A DNA stretch of 63,994 bases, filler included, from Sanchytrium tribonematis (taxonomy: Eukaryota): NCBI GenBank assembly GCA_018985235.1. It is 7 parts of 7 records of this genome, joined end to end, with 100 filler letters (N's around TTAATTAATTAA, not from the genome) between each part and the next. Parts side by side here need not be neighbours in the genome. Positions count along the whole stretch, not along the records: positions 19,174 to 34,883 come from JADGIG010000145.1; positions 34,984 to 50,600 come from JADGIG010000146.1; 5 more parts are not named here. One strand, written 5' to 3'. The position numbers and the translations under genes are program-made. Below the pieces are notes generated by a model, which worked only from the letters and a program-made list of their open reading frames with translations, did not search any database and was not told the DNA's origin. Position 1 is the stretch's first letter; each line of letters starts with the position of its first letter. Below, one piece after another: positions 23,000 through 35,891 of this stretch.

Positions 23000-23950
23000 T
23001 GGGAAGTGCAAAAGTGGTGCTGCCGTTTACAGTGACTAGTTGATATATAGAACTTCCACAATCTATTATTACGTAAATCAATTGAACTATGAGTTTAAAC
23101 AGTTGATTGAATTTCTTCGGAAAAAAATTTAGACTTTTATGAAATTAAAATTAAAGGATAAAATGAAGCTTCTCATCAATGAATTGCTGCAAAATTGGAA
23201 ATTCATGCTATGCAGAACGAGGAAACAGAATGACCAATCCAATTTTGAGCAAGTATTAAACGATTTTTGGCCTATCAAGATGGAAATTGGAGAATCTGTT
23301 GGGGAATTTGGAAAAAGATTACAGAAATTGTCCGAGGTTTTTGTGTTGATCAGAGGACTCTTGTGAGGCAGTTTGATTGTCATTGAGATTTCTTTTTCGT
23401 GAAAAACGAGTGCAATGACAAATCAAAAATTAGAGATGCACTTCAAAGTGCTGCGACTGTCGAACAAAATTGGGGTGGAAAAGAAAAATGCACCAATCAA
23501 TTTACTACTTCTAGTGCAAAGTGTTCTAAATGCAATGGTGAGCTTCAGGGACGATGTGTTTATAAATATTGAAGAATATTTATTGAAGCACTAAATGTTT
23601 GTGAGTGTCTTATATTGTTGATACGTGAGCTGCTATAAGTGTTTTGAGGCGAGCTACTTTGATAAATTAGGAGTAGACTTATTAGAATATGATAAAATGT
23701 ATCAGTAGTTCATTCAAACATTAAAGTACTGGGTATGCAGAAACTGAGCGTGTCTCAGCAGGATTTATGTTGTTTTGAAAGAGGTTTTCCCTAAAGTACC
23801 CAAGGTTGAGAAGGGACTGGCTGGCAAATTAGGTACCCAGTAGTAAGAAAACTTCAATTGAACAGATGATGCTAAAGTGGCATTGCGCGCTATCGCTTTT
23901 GATCTATTCTATGATGCTATAATACACGGAATATATGGTTCACTGCACCA
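23000..23950 (+). mobile_element. highly degraded LTR-retrotransposon gag/protease remnant
   Basis: Gag-like GESVGEFGKRL; aspartic protease IVDT*AAISVL near 23613..23645. Confidence 0.6.
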
Positions 23951-26050
23951 GAATGGTCAATAAATAGCAAGTGTTCAAAAATAGAGAGTTCCTGAAACTC
24001 TTTTGAGAATTTTTTTGTGTGCAGGGTGTATCAGCAGATGTACCAAATGGGTCAGAAGAGGTTTATGATCCCAATTTGAGATGTATTTGCTTGATTGATT
24101 TAAAACTTGACACTTTGAATTTGAGTGATATAGGCTTCAAATATATCCACAACACGTAATTGGGATTTGGAATCAATGAATTTAGTTTTGCAAGCAAAAA
24201 GACGCAAAAATGTATCACAAAATTATAATCGGAAAAGCCTATATTGATTTATTAACACAACACGTTTTTGATAATTATCATTAGTTTTTATGGCTGCATT
24301 TTAAGTCACTTACAAGTTGGTACAGGCTGTCGTAATTGCAATTTGAGTCAACCTTCAGTAAGTATCCAACTTATCTGCTAAACAAAGTTCAATCCACCTG
24401 TTCCACAATCTAATCTTAAATCAGTTGTAAGATGGTCTGCTTACATTGATGTACCAAAAAATATCAAAATGTTTGAAATGATATTTATTATTTTAAAACG
24501 CGACTATATTTCTGTGTTCACTTTAAAAAGAAACGCGAAATTTGAGGCTGTTTGGAGGAAATTATGATGTTTTTTCACAGAATTTTACTTCATTCGTTTG
24601 TTATTTGATGGAATTCACTTGGAATAAAATGTGTTAATTCCATATATCTCGTGTTATCTGAACATTTTTACTGTGTAGCTGGTGTTATTTTATGCAAATC
24701 CATAAAGAAGCTTTTCATTGAGCCGTTTTTTAAGAAAGTATAAGCATCACGTTCAGGTATGTCTACCTGTAATAGTCCTTCAACTGCCATTGTATCAAAA
24801 AAACGTTCCTTTGTTGTTATCACCAAAAAGTAAATACTTTTTGAGACAAGTGCGGTTTAATTAGCTTCTCAAACCATTCTCAAGAGAACATCAATACTCT
24901 GCATTTTAACCAGTATGTGATATAGAGAACCGAATACAGTCAGATCGCCAATTTTTTTTAAAGGTTTCGAAAAGACGCCCCTAGGCTGTATTGTCTTCAT
25001 TTTGGTATATTTAATTTGACGGAAATGGGAAAATATTAGCCACTTTACACTCCGAACAAAAGATAAGATTAAAATTTTCAATCTCACACAAATTTTGCAC
25101 ATTCTGCATATTTAGCATAATTCCATTCACGTTCCAGACAATTAAACGTAAACACTGCTCTACCTTTTTTTAGGGTCAATTTTAAAAAATAGCTGATTTT
25201 CGAGCTTCGGCAAGATCTCATTTCCCCAGTCCGATAGTTGTCCTTGGTAATAAAATCTAACAATTTGGATTATCACGTACTGCAAATTCTATACCCGAAT
25301 CCTAGATGATATGTAAATTATCTTGAACTTGAAAATTGAAATAAAAAGTGAAAAGCTTTAAATTGATCTGTTTATAAATGAATCAATTTTGGAGACAGCT
25401 TTGAAAATCATTTCAAACAGGCAAAGCCTTTTTTAAGGTTTATATAGGATCCGAATGCTCTAAAGAGATGGTCTATTTTCATATTGTTGAGAAAAACACC
25501 AGTCAGTAAGTTAGTGTCATGTAAACATGTAAAGCATCCATTATGCTTCATGAGGCCTTTTAGGCATATTGGATTGAGCCAAATGGGTATTTTGAAAAAT
25601 TCGGGTTTAATTATTATTTCCAGCAGAGCATGGGATAAACAATTGGCACTACCACGACAAATGCAATTGTTTAAGAAATGGTATATCTAGTTCACCGTAT
25701 ACAAAATGAAATAATTTAATTACCAAATGACCCAAATGTCATGGAAGAATGGTTCCAAAATCTTTCCCTTTCTTATTTTGTCTTGGAAAATTCTGGGTGC
25801 AGTATTTAACCGCATATTTTGACTAAATATGACAAGAGACAAGTGGCGTATCTCCCATATGAGAAAGGGCAATTTAAAAATCACAAAGCAACAACAAAGT
25901 CTTGTACGTTGAAATTGATAAAAAGACTACTTTGCTTCTCGATATGAATATTTACTTTCCAAACTTAGAAAACCGAAGAAGGGTGTAAAAAGATTTAGTT
26001 TTTATGTTGAACTAATCAAAAATCCCGCCTCTTTTATTTCCTGAAAACTA

Positions 26051-27249
26051 AAGTCTTCACCAGCTCAACTCCCCCGGGGGGACTTGAGTGAGTAATTAAG
26101 ACAGTATGCTCAGCTTCCCCCCCCCCATACTTTTAAAATGTCAATAAATAACTACTTAATTCATATATTTATTCATTTTCACCAGTTAAATCAATGGTTT
26201 CTTGTGCTTCAAATCGAGGATTATTTACATCAGAAATTTCCTCATCTTCATCAAATGCAATTTCAAACTCTTCGGCAGTCATTGAGTATGTTGTTCCATT
26301 TAATTATGCATTTACAACATTAGACCAAACTGGAAAGCGCTCAAATGATGTAATAAATTGTGAACCTAAGTAAAACTACCTAAGTCACTTACTTTTGCCA
26401 TATGTAATTAATTCCTCAACATTTTCAATCAAATAACATTTTAAAGTTTTTTCGATAATCTCACGAGTCACTTTTGCCCATTCACAGACAATCCAGTCTC
26501 TTAATTTTACAATTCCTGGTTTTTAGAAGACTTCTGGCTAGTTTGGGTTTGCTTGAAATTCATCAACTTGTTCATCATAGAAGTCTAAAATTGATTTTCG
26601 AATTCCAGCTTTAAAACTCCTAATCAAACCAACATCTGCCAGTTGACAATAACCTGTTGTACCTGCTGGAACTTTAATAAATTTAATATTCTTATTCTGG
26701 AAGTATGATTCAATTTTGGATCCAGTATGAGCGCTTGCTTGATCCAAACTAACAATCCATTTCCAAACGGAAATACATGATCCATGTATTTCTTTAATAA
26801 TTCTTGAGTAACCCAACCTTTTTTCGTATAACCGACAATCTTGTTTGTTTGGATTGTGTTAAACTTTGGAGCTAAATTTGTTGGATGTACAATTAATGGA
26901 ATAATTTTTTCATGATTTTTTCTCACTGCACACATTTTTGTAACACTTAGTTTTTCACTAAAACCAGCAAATTTCATACCCAATTGATACCATTTTACGA
27001 CTGTTTCTACCTCGGTATGTAAATATTTTATCAGCATTTTTTCTCCAATCTCTAATTGTTTTTGGATCAACTTTGTTATCTTTTGCAAGCTTTTTAATAC
27101 TAATTGAACCTTGTACTAATTGTAATAAAGCTTTACGTTTATGTTTGATCATTAAAGATTGTAATTTACGTGGATGATTTCCATTTGTCATTTTTAAAAT
27201 TTGATGTTTGGCCCAACTCTCCTGGGAAGAGTTGAGCTGCCAAAGACTT
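26051..27249 (-). mobile_element. pogo-like (DDE_1) transposon, internally deleted and frameshifted
   Basis: Imperfect TIRs AAGTCTT...CAGCTCAACTC flanked by TA; HTH (VDPKTIRDWRKN), KKGWVT, LDQASAH, VPAGTTGYCQLADVG; extra end-like copy at ~27372..27393. Confidence 0.85.
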
Positions 27250-27543
27250 TACAACCAATTAAAACAATCCAGGATTGTGCATTGAATCATTAGAAAAAGT
27301 AAAATGCTAATAAATCATTTTTAAAAAACAGATAGTACAAAATGGACGGATCTCCATATCGACCAATTTCTGAGTTGAGCTGCTATAGACTTTATCTCAT
27401 GAAATTTTTCAATTTCATTGGTGGTTAGGGAAACACGCCAAATATCTACAGATATAGTCTAATTGTTTTCATACGTAAGAAAATGTCCAATGAGTATCAG
27501 GATCGGAATGAATACCAGTTGACCGCTCTTAGCAGCGTATTCA

Positions 27544-27621
27544 CATGAACTACAACATAAATGATTATGATAAGTGCTGAAATAATATGAACTAATACAC
27601 AAATGATTATGATAAGTGCTG
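27544..27621. repeat. two-copy ~42-bp tandem repeat
   Basis: ATGAACTA...AAATGATTATGATAAGTGCTGA twice. Confidence 0.8.
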
Positions 27622-29099
27622 ATTTGGTATTACTAACATCATCACCCAGAGGGGATGAGTTATTTGTGTTTGAGGGGGATTCAATAAAATGTTTATTCAT
27701 AATCTGTCTTCGTTCTCTTCTGGGATCTGCTTCTATTTATGTAATCTCAAGTATTACAAAGGATCTGAGACTTTAAAACAAGGGGGAACCAATCAAAAAT
27801 CAACATTAACTATGGGTCAAATCACTTTTCATATTGTTGTTGACATCCCTCCAACTTGCATAAAACCGAAAGGGGAAGAAAAATCGTTTTGAAAATAAAT
27901 AAATCGTATTTATTTATCAAACTTAACAGTAGTTAATAAATGATGTAATGAATGGTTCTGGTTTGTTAAAACGCGAATCATCAAATCGCGGAACGCAACA
28001 CTGTCTCAGATGTCAACTAGGGGATGCCAATCTTGCTCGATTTCGTAGTCCTCATAACGAGTATCAACCTCCATCTGAAACATGTGAATGTTTCCATTGC
28101 GATAGCAAGCAATGCGAATATCCTCACATCGGGAAACAATAAATTCACGTTCCATCTCCTTTTTTGCGGCAGTTTTGCCTGCAATAGCAACATCTTTAAC
28201 AATTCGTTTCACATCCGCTGTTTCATCAACAAAAGATCGATTTCAATCTCGCTCAAAGTTGGTCAAATGCTCAATAAAGCGTCGGATAAGCGCAGAATTC
28301 AATTTTGAGCGGATTTTTTCGCAGGCTACGCTTTTTGAGATTTGGAAAGATCATTTATGTGAAACGAAAGGGCGAGTTACTTTTAAAATTAAAATAAATT
28401 GGTTTGTACCCAATCACTAAAATGGGCAAAATTACCAAGTTTAATTTTAACATTTGCACCAATCACAGACTTTTTTTTAAATAAATAATGACATTCCACA
28501 AATTAATTAATACTTTGAAAATTAACCGGGTTGTATGGTTTTGTTTAACCAAAGACTATTCAACCAGAGTCATAAACGGTTATTTGATAAATATGCAGAA
28601 TTTAAACAATATTTGGAGAAAAAAACTTGATTACTCAAGAAAGAAAAGTTTCCAAATTTGAGCTGTATTTGACAGTTGATTTAATAGCAAAAACTATAAG
28701 TCAAGCATTTAGTTTTCGAATTTGTTCAATGTGACATTCAATAAGTTTGTTCTCTTGATTCCGAAGCTTAGCAATGCTTGTTGTTAGCATCTTCACAAAG
28801 GTAAAAGGTTGGTCGGTAAAGTAGAGATCATGTTTAGATTACCTCCATGAATTTGTATCAAGTACTTTAGCGATTAGAAGCTTCTAGAGATCCCTTTATC
28901 TTAGTTTGATAACACATTCCGTGTTACATTCTCTTTTCTTTGAGTCTTTAATACCCATTTATACAATTAATCATACCCAATAATTTATTCATCATGAACA
29001 TTACTGTAAAATGAATGATTGGGATCGTTTTTAGCATTAATAATATAGTCACGAAAAGCTAAAGTGTTTTCCACATTTTTGATTGTTTCCCAATAACCA

Positions 29100-29487
29100 A
29101 CCGTCTCATCCCCCACAAAAAGACTTTGAATTTAAACAGGTAGTTCCAGTCATTTTGTGATCCGATCTTCTTATAATTGAAGTCTGTGATCTTTTCAACG
29201 TCAAATTGTTCTTCAATTCATCCTTCATTGCCTCAATTCCTGCTTCTACCTCACTAATTTCTTTACTTGCAGTGGGACCTTGTTCTGGATAAATTGAAGC
29301 CAAAAACTGTTACATTTGTACCATATAGAAATGGTCTAAATTTATCTAATGCATAAAGAATTGCTATGCATTCTTTTTCCCTAACATCATAATTTTTTTT
29401 TCTGCACCTTGAAGTGTTCGAGATATGAACCATATTGGCTTTTTATCTTGAGCGAGTACTGCGCCAACTCCATATTTGCTGGCATCA
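29100..29487 (-). mobile_element. Ty3/gypsy RNase H fragment
   Basis: DASKYGVGAVLAQ...ISRTLQGAEKNY...EKECIAILYALDKFRPFLYG. Confidence 0.85.
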
Positions 29488-30480
29488 GTTTTTTTTTATT
29501 AATTTATTTGGAAAACCGAGATCAAGCATTCAGCAAGCCCCGATACCATACGTCTAGTTGCGTCCATTCCCTGTCAAGTACATAATCGAATCCTTTTGAA
29601 ATCATTTCAAATTTTGACTCATTTTGCTGCTTTTTGTGTCTTGTAAATGAGCAGTAATATGGAGCAATTCTGGCTTTTAGGTGGCATTTGTGGTAGTTTG
29701 TGGCAATGTAAGCAACATTGGATACTTAATCTGCAATGTGATTCCCATGGGAGTATTCTGGGTCGTCAATTTCCTTGTGAGAGGCAACCCATTTCACAAT
29801 CACTCGCGACCAATCAACTTGCACCAGAACATCAGCATTGGCAATTTGACCATAATCTGTGCCATTTCGGTATTTCTCAATCAATTTAAGACATGCTTGG
29901 TTATCAGTAAATATCAATTTCATTCTTCTGTCGCTTTTATGTGCTAAAATGCATTCTGCGATACAAATTAATTCAGCGCGTGTGCTATCACAGCATCTTG
30001 AATGCCTTGTTTTGACAATTAAAGATGGCCCCAAATGATTTATCTGGTTCCAAGCCATATTTTAGCAGGGAGGCATCCGTGTAAAATACCATAAAATCCT
30101 GCTCATTTAATTGGATAAATGGGTCATTTCTCTTGTTGTATTGTCTTATCAGTTCTAATAATTGTAATTTGGTGTCTGTAGTGGGTGTGGAATAATGAAA
30201 TACGGTGGGTATTGTGATCAAATCTAAAAAGCAATTCACTGTGCCAGAAGGGGAAGAATGATTGGAATGGCACTTGGGACAATTAATAAGGTGTCTAAAT
30301 GGGATTTGTTTCTTGATATATTTGATGGTGCACTTGGATTTGCTGTTTATCTTGTGAAATAATTTGGGATGGTTGAAATTGTATTTGGATTTGGGGTAAT
30401 ATTTAACCTGTTTAGTGGGTAATCTTAGTCTGTGGACTGTATGGCTGTTAAATCTGTTAAATAAATCACGTCATCTCAAC
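29488..30480 (-). mobile_element. 3' end of non-LTR (LINE-like) retroelement with RNase H and poly(A) tail
   Basis: FYTDAS, STRAEL, IFTDNQ, KWVASH, GNHIAD; AATAAA followed by an A-run ending at 29488. Confidence 0.78.
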
Positions 30481-30509
30481 ATGAAATCTGTGTTACACTT
30501 ATTCGATTA

Positions 30510-30780
30510 GTAAGTGCCAGATTGTTGGCATTGTTACGTTTGTTTGTAATATTTTCATTTCCCGAAACTCTTTTCAGCGTTATGGGATCAAGACTTTTTA
30601 TGTATTTCTCATAAGTATGGTGATCTGGATGAATAGGTAGTGGTCCCTTGAAATCAATATATATTCTTTATTGAAATATTTGCAGGGGTACTAGTTTCAA
30701 ATTGGTGTTGTAGTTTAGGCGCTTTAGCCAAAATACAAGATTTTCAAATTTTTGATTCTAGATTGTTTTGAAGGAAAGTA
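30510..30780 (-). mobile_element. degraded retroelement integrase remnant
   Basis: IYIDFKGPLP motif near 30635..30665. Confidence 0.55.
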
Positions 30781-31960
30781 GTAATCAATTAAGTCTTTAA
30801 TAACAAAATGTAAAAGGATACAATAGACTATCCATTGCAGATCAGTCTACAGACAGCAACAAAGGGATATTTAAAATTGATCAAGGGGCAGAACTTGCTG
30901 GGGGTTTTTGGCCTTTGTAGTTTCCTACAACCCCATGATGGTAAACGAAAAAAAAGATTAAAAACCAGATCATGTCACAAAATTTGAAAAACTGCAAGAA
31001 ACACGACACTTTGTGCATCAATCCTTCCGAAAATTGCCGCAAACAAAAGATAATGTTAATATATTGAAAAATAATTGAGATGCGATTGGCTCAAAGGCCT
31101 TGTAAGACTTATAGGACAGATTGATAATTATCGTGGTCATCCGCTTAATTGATTGATTGTTAAGCGAGTAAAATTATCCAATAAACTTGGTTTTAATGCA
31201 GCTTTACAGCATGCCGTTCCCAACATATAACCCATGTTTCAACTTATGAAATAAGATGTGCAGAATCAATATTGGAGCTGCATTGACCACGAAAATTCGT
31301 TTACAACTTGTATTGTGCATGGTAAAGGGAGATAAAAAAGCATTGTCTTGCGGTTAGCGTCAATGACATGAATGGGTTTGGAGGAGATCTTGAATTAAAA
31401 TTCTCGGAAGTGTCAGACAGCTTTCTTTTTGGTCTAGGTAGAGGTTTATCAATAAATAAATCCAGATTTATTAATATACTTCTACCTCATTAAGAATGAA
31501 GATACTCTCTTAAATCGTCCTTTGTACTGGATTGTTGCTTGAATAGCCTGACACATATGAATTTTATCTAAGACGGCGTTTTCGTTAAAAGGAACAAGGC
31601 CTCTATCAAATGTTTTTAAATACACTAAACTAATGGTAATAATCTTGACTCCCATTCTCAATTTTTCTGAGATCGCTTGTTTGAGAGTATATTGATTTTT
31701 ATGAATAATTTCTGAATTAGTATTCATTGGGTCATTATACAGCTTTGTTTTAAATTTTAGTGGTTCAAAGTATTCACCATTAGAAATATCAAGTAGGGTG
31801 CAGCAATACATGACATGTCCTTTTTGTTACAACATATTAGCTCTCATCAATTTCGGTTAAACACTCAAATATCCTGGGGTTCAAGATGATGCACCTTCGC
31901 AACTCCGCTTTTTCATGAGCGAGAACTTGCAAACAAAAAATATTTAAGGAGTAATTTACT

Positions 31961-33067
31961 ATGGATTATTTTTTAGTTTGCTTATCGGGAGGTCCGTGTG
32001 CTGGAAAATCATCGGTTCAGGCGATTTTGGCTGATGTCCTAGAAAACAGTGGTTACAAAGTCTATAAATTACCTGAAGCCGCCACAACGCTATTCAACTG
32101 TGGAGTCAACTTTATGGATTTGTCAGAAGATCAACGATATTTATTTCAAAAGCACATAATAAGGTTCATGATGAGTCTAGAGGACCCTTTTATTGATTTG
32201 TGTAAATCAAATGCTAAGAAAGGAATCAAAAGTGCCTTGATTACAGATCGTGGCTCAATGGATCCATCAGCTTACATTTCTAGAGATTTATGGCTTAAAA
32301 TGCTAAGTGAATTAAATTTAAATGAAGTAGAACTGAGAGATTGTAGATATGATATTGTGATTCATATGGTGTCCGCAGCGGATGGCGCCGAAAAATTTTA
32401 CAATTTGGCCACTAATACTGTCAGAACAGAAGGCATCGAGTTAGCAAAAGAGTTGGACGAAAAGATCAGGAATGCTTGGATCGGACATCCTTATTTAAGT
32501 ATAATTGATAATTCTACTGGTTTTGATGAGAAATGCAACAGAGTTGTTCAGGCTGTCTTGAAACGTATTGGACTTGTAGACAAACGATTTGGAAGTGGAA
32601 TCAAGAAAAGAAAATATCTAATAGCGCCTGAGTTCCAATTTACTGGGAAATTTCCTGTTGGCTTTCGAGATTTTTCTGTGGAACATTTGTATCTGACAAG
32701 CGAGAAGGATCAATATAGAATTCGAAAAAGATGGGATGATAAAGGCATATTTTATAGTTTAACTATCAGAAAAAGCCTTTTTGATCAAAAAATTGAAGAG
32801 AGAAGAGTCTTAACGGCAAGAGAATATGAAAATTTATTTTCTCAAAAGGACCAAAATAGACATACAATTTTGAAAACTAGAAGATGTTTCTTGTATCACT
32901 CGCATTATTTTCATTTAGATTATTACGAGCAGCCACATAATGGTTTAATGCTGTTAGAAGCCTATATTGAGGATAGCCAAGCGAAAGTATTACCTGATTT
33001 TCTGCCGATTGTCAAAGAAGTTACTGAAGATGATTCGTTTAGTATGTTTAATTTAAGTTTAAAATAA
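31961..33067 (+). CDS. TTD14-like P-loop (AAA_28/NadR-type) plus CYTH domain protein
   Basis: GGPCAGKS, PEAAT, DRGSMD, HMVSAADGAE, WIGHP, C-terminal CYTH-like RIRKR...KTRRCF. Confidence 0.85.
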   Translation: MDYFLVCLSGGPCAGKSSVQAILADVLENSGYKVYKLPEAATTLFNCGVNFMDLSEDQRYLFQKHIIRFMMSLEDPFIDLCKSNAKKGIKSALITDRGSMDPSAYISRDLWLKMLSELNLNEVELRDCRYDIVIHMVSAADGAEKFYNLATNTVRTEGIELAKELDEKIRNAWIGHPYLSIIDNSTGFDEKCNRVVQAVLKRIGLVDKRFGSGIKKRKYLIAPEFQFTGKFPVGFRDFSVEHLYLTSEKDQYRIRKRWDDKGIFYSLTIRKSLFDQKIEERRVLTAREYENLFSQKDQNRHTILKTRRCFLYHSHYFHLDYYEQPHNGLMLLEAYIEDSQAKVLPDFLPIVKEVTEDDSFSMFNLSLK

Positions 33068-33138
33068 ATTTCTGAAGATTATTTTATAAAAAGTAAAGGA
33101 AATCGCTTCCAACTCCCAAGTTTTAAAATCTAAAAATC

Positions 33139-33855
33139 ATGTTTATCTCTGGTTTTGGCCCATTTCAAAGAATTAAGGATAACCCATCCTTTAATGCAGT
33201 AAAAAACCTTTTAACAGATAGGAAAATTGCACTGTTGCCAAGAGATGCCAAATTTATTAGTCAATGGAAAACTTTAATACATTTTTACGGTAAAAATGTC
33301 AAAGTTTATTTACATAGTGACGATGATACCATTAAAAGCCTTTTCTCGGAATTAAATTTAGTAGATGCATTATCAGAATCAAATTTGGAAATCTATTTCG
33401 ATTTTCCACCAAACTTTAAACTGTTAGCGATTCCATGTGTTGTGGCATATGACTATGTAGCTAAAATGGCTGAATTTTACTGGTCATTTCCATTCAAATA
33501 TGCCATCCATGTAGGAGTTGGTCATGCTGGTAATTACAAATTAGAATTATTAGGAAATGTCAAATATTCTAAAACTGATATTTATGGAAATTTACCGCAA
33601 TTATTACCAAAAACTGCCAGACATACTATTTTACCAATTCCTCAAGTCTTTAATAGACTTTCTAAAAAATATAAGGTAGATCTTAGTTGTGATGCTGGAG
33701 GATATGTTTGCGATTACACAATGGCAATTTCCAACCACTTTAGCCATGGAAAGAGTGTCTTTATTCATGTTCCGTCGGATGGAGATGTGTCAGAAATGAC
33801 TGATTTTATAAAAGACGTGATAAAAATTATTGATGACAATTTTGAGCAAATTTAG
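33139..33855 (+). CDS. pyroglutamyl-peptidase I (C15)
   Basis: SGFGPF, NPS, IHVGV, DAGGYVCDY, FIHVP. Confidence 0.88.
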   Translation: MFISGFGPFQRIKDNPSFNAVKNLLTDRKIALLPRDAKFISQWKTLIHFYGKNVKVYLHSDDDTIKSLFSELNLVDALSESNLEIYFDFPPNFKLLAIPCVVAYDYVAKMAEFYWSFPFKYAIHVGVGHAGNYKLELLGNVKYSKTDIYGNLPQLLPKTARHTILPIPQVFNRLSKKYKVDLSCDAGGYVCDYTMAISNHFSHGKSVFIHVPSDGDVSEMTDFIKDVIKIIDDNFEQI

Positions 33856-34028
33856 CATGAAGTGGGAATTGACCAGTTGTGGATGCACATTTAAAATATT
33901 CATAGTAAAACTGCTCAATCTTTAAACACTCTAAGCAAATTATTGAGAAATTCCAATTTACAACAATTTATTAGTTTCATACACTGCTTCAACATACAAA
34001 ACTTGAGCGCCATTTCAACAATAGCAAA

Positions 34029-34883
34029 TTAATGACAGGGTCTCTCTGTTTCGATTATTTCTTCAGGTTTATTGACCTGCAATGCTTCAGATGAACTATT
34101 TTCAGAGTCTATTGACTTATTTTCAATTTCATGTTTTTGTCCAATTTTCTTATTCAAAACAATCCAGATTAACAATAAAATGGCAAAAATTGCGGAAAAT
34201 AAATATCCATAGACTTTTGAAGACTTGTTCTTCATTCCTAAAAATAAAGTAACCAGACTTGCAAAAACTGTAAAGTATCCGAGGTACCAATGTGATTTGT
34301 CCCTAATTGGAATGCCTTTTCTGTTTGGATTGAAGTGTTTGTCGATATAATAGCCCAACGTAGATTGCAGAAAAAACAGAGAAAAGACAAATATTCCGAA
34401 AATTGGATGTGGGTCTAATTTTCCTAAAAATATAATACCGTGACGATCTACTACAATCAGAATTAAAGCCAGTATCATAAATATTGCAGCAATTGAGTTC
34501 AAAGCAATGTGAATCTTCATCCAATTTGGAAATTTAAATTTAAAAAATCTAGTTAATATAATAGACAACGGTAAAATAAAAAACCAAGACAGACACATCA
34601 AAACTCCATGGGTCGTTTGAAGAGCTGAGCTGTAGTTATCCAAGGCACTAAAATCTCCATTTTCTAAATTCATTTTGAAACTACCACTCAAATCATGATA
34701 CGGTATAGCTGCACTTTCATCAGCAGAATTAATTTTATCAACACCCCAGCACCATATAAAAGAATTAACGGTATTGATTGTTGGCTTGTTGGGCTCTAAC
34801 AATGTTCTAGAAAGCTGTGCTGTGACTCGATTGTTACTAGTTCCGGAATTTAAAAGATTCCAGCTATTTTTTTGACTCGCAAT
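34029..34883 (-). CDS. DOMON plus cytochrome b561-domain membrane protein (5' truncated)
   Basis: HGVLMCLSW, WMKIH, HPIFG, HWYLG heme-ligand pattern. Confidence 0.85.
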   Translation of the reverse strand: MASQKNSWNLLNSGTSNNRVTAQLSRTLLEPNKPTINTVNSFIWCWGVDKINSADESAAIPYHDLSGSFKMNLENGDFSALDNYSSALQTTHGVLMCLSWFFILPLSIILTRFFKFKFPNWMKIHIALNSIAAIFMILALILIVVDRHGIIFLGKLDPHPIFGIFVFSLFFLQSTLGYYIDKHFNPNRKGIPIRDKSHWYLGYFTVFASLVTLFLGMKNKSSKVYGYLFSAIFAILLLIWIVLNKKIGQKHEIENKSIDSENSSSEALQVNKPEEIIETERPCH

Positions 34884-34983
34884 NNNNNNNNNNNNNNNNN
34901 NNNNNNNNNNNNNNNNNNNNNNNNNNNTTAATTAATTAANNNNNNNNNNNNNNNNNNNNNNNNNNNNNNNNNNNNNNNNNNNN
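34884..34983. other. artificial contig linker
   Basis: N44-TTAATTAATTAA-N44. Confidence 0.98.
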
Positions 34984-35012
34984 CTTCAAACAATCACAAA
35001 GGAGTTTTTTTC

Positions 35013-35769
35013 ATGGTTTTTCTTCTCGTCATCATTCTATCACAATTAATTGACCACCAACAAATTAATCATTATAAAATACTTCAGGAATTGAGCTTAA
35101 TCTACATGAATCAAACGATGCAAGTAAAATCGCTCTAAATAATTTCGTTCACCAAATAATGGTCAATTTGAATAAATTGCATACCTCCGAGCCTCCAATG
35201 GCCCATTTTGATGTCAAATTAGAGCAAATTCAAAGAGTTTGGGATCCAGAAGGACTATTAAATACGAATTGAAAAATTCCAAATTTACCAAAACTGGAGT
35301 ATTGAATCATATAATCATTTGGACATCAGATAGAACTAATATCAATGAATACGCAGCACCAGAAATGTATTTAGAAAATACTCCAGATGACTTCGATGCT
35401 GTTAAAGTAGATTTGTTTGCATTCGGAGTCATAATACATATAATATTGCAGATAATAGCTGGAATAGGGTATCAAACAAATAAAGGATACTTGGAATGCA
35501 CTGAAATCCCTAATACCCTTCCAAATAAGAAGAAAAGACCCATCAAAGTCTATAAATCATCTCCATTGAATCCATTTGGTAGATTAAAATGTATTGCATC
35601 TCAATTAACACATTGTGATCCATCCGCTAGACCATCCGTAGAGTCTATTCTTATTAAATATGAAATTGATCAAATCATCAAAAAAGAGCCCAAATTATTC
35701 ATTCCAAAGAAGAATGAAGTGTCTCTGCTCCATTTGGCATTGATGAACAACAATTTACATCGCAAATAG
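35013..35769 (+). pseudogene. frameshifted paralog of the secreted C-lobe-only pseudokinase
   Basis: MVFLLVIILS start, AHFDVKLEQI, NEYAAPE, KVDLFAFG lie in three frames; aligns to 37071..37706. Confidence 0.7.
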
Positions 35770-35891
35770 TCAATAAATTTCCATGATACCCACATGGATC
35801 TCACATGTCGATCTGTAATATTTGTATCACGTCATTTTGAAATTGCCAATATCCCCTCTCATTTACACCAAATGATTTGTGATCTATTTAA

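Noticed and set aside
28006..28350. Minus-strand frame with protein-like composition
   Set aside because: Interrupted by TGA, no recognisable motif
31482..31811. 109-aa ORF divergent from the TTD14-like gene
   Set aside because: No motif and no convincing gene structure
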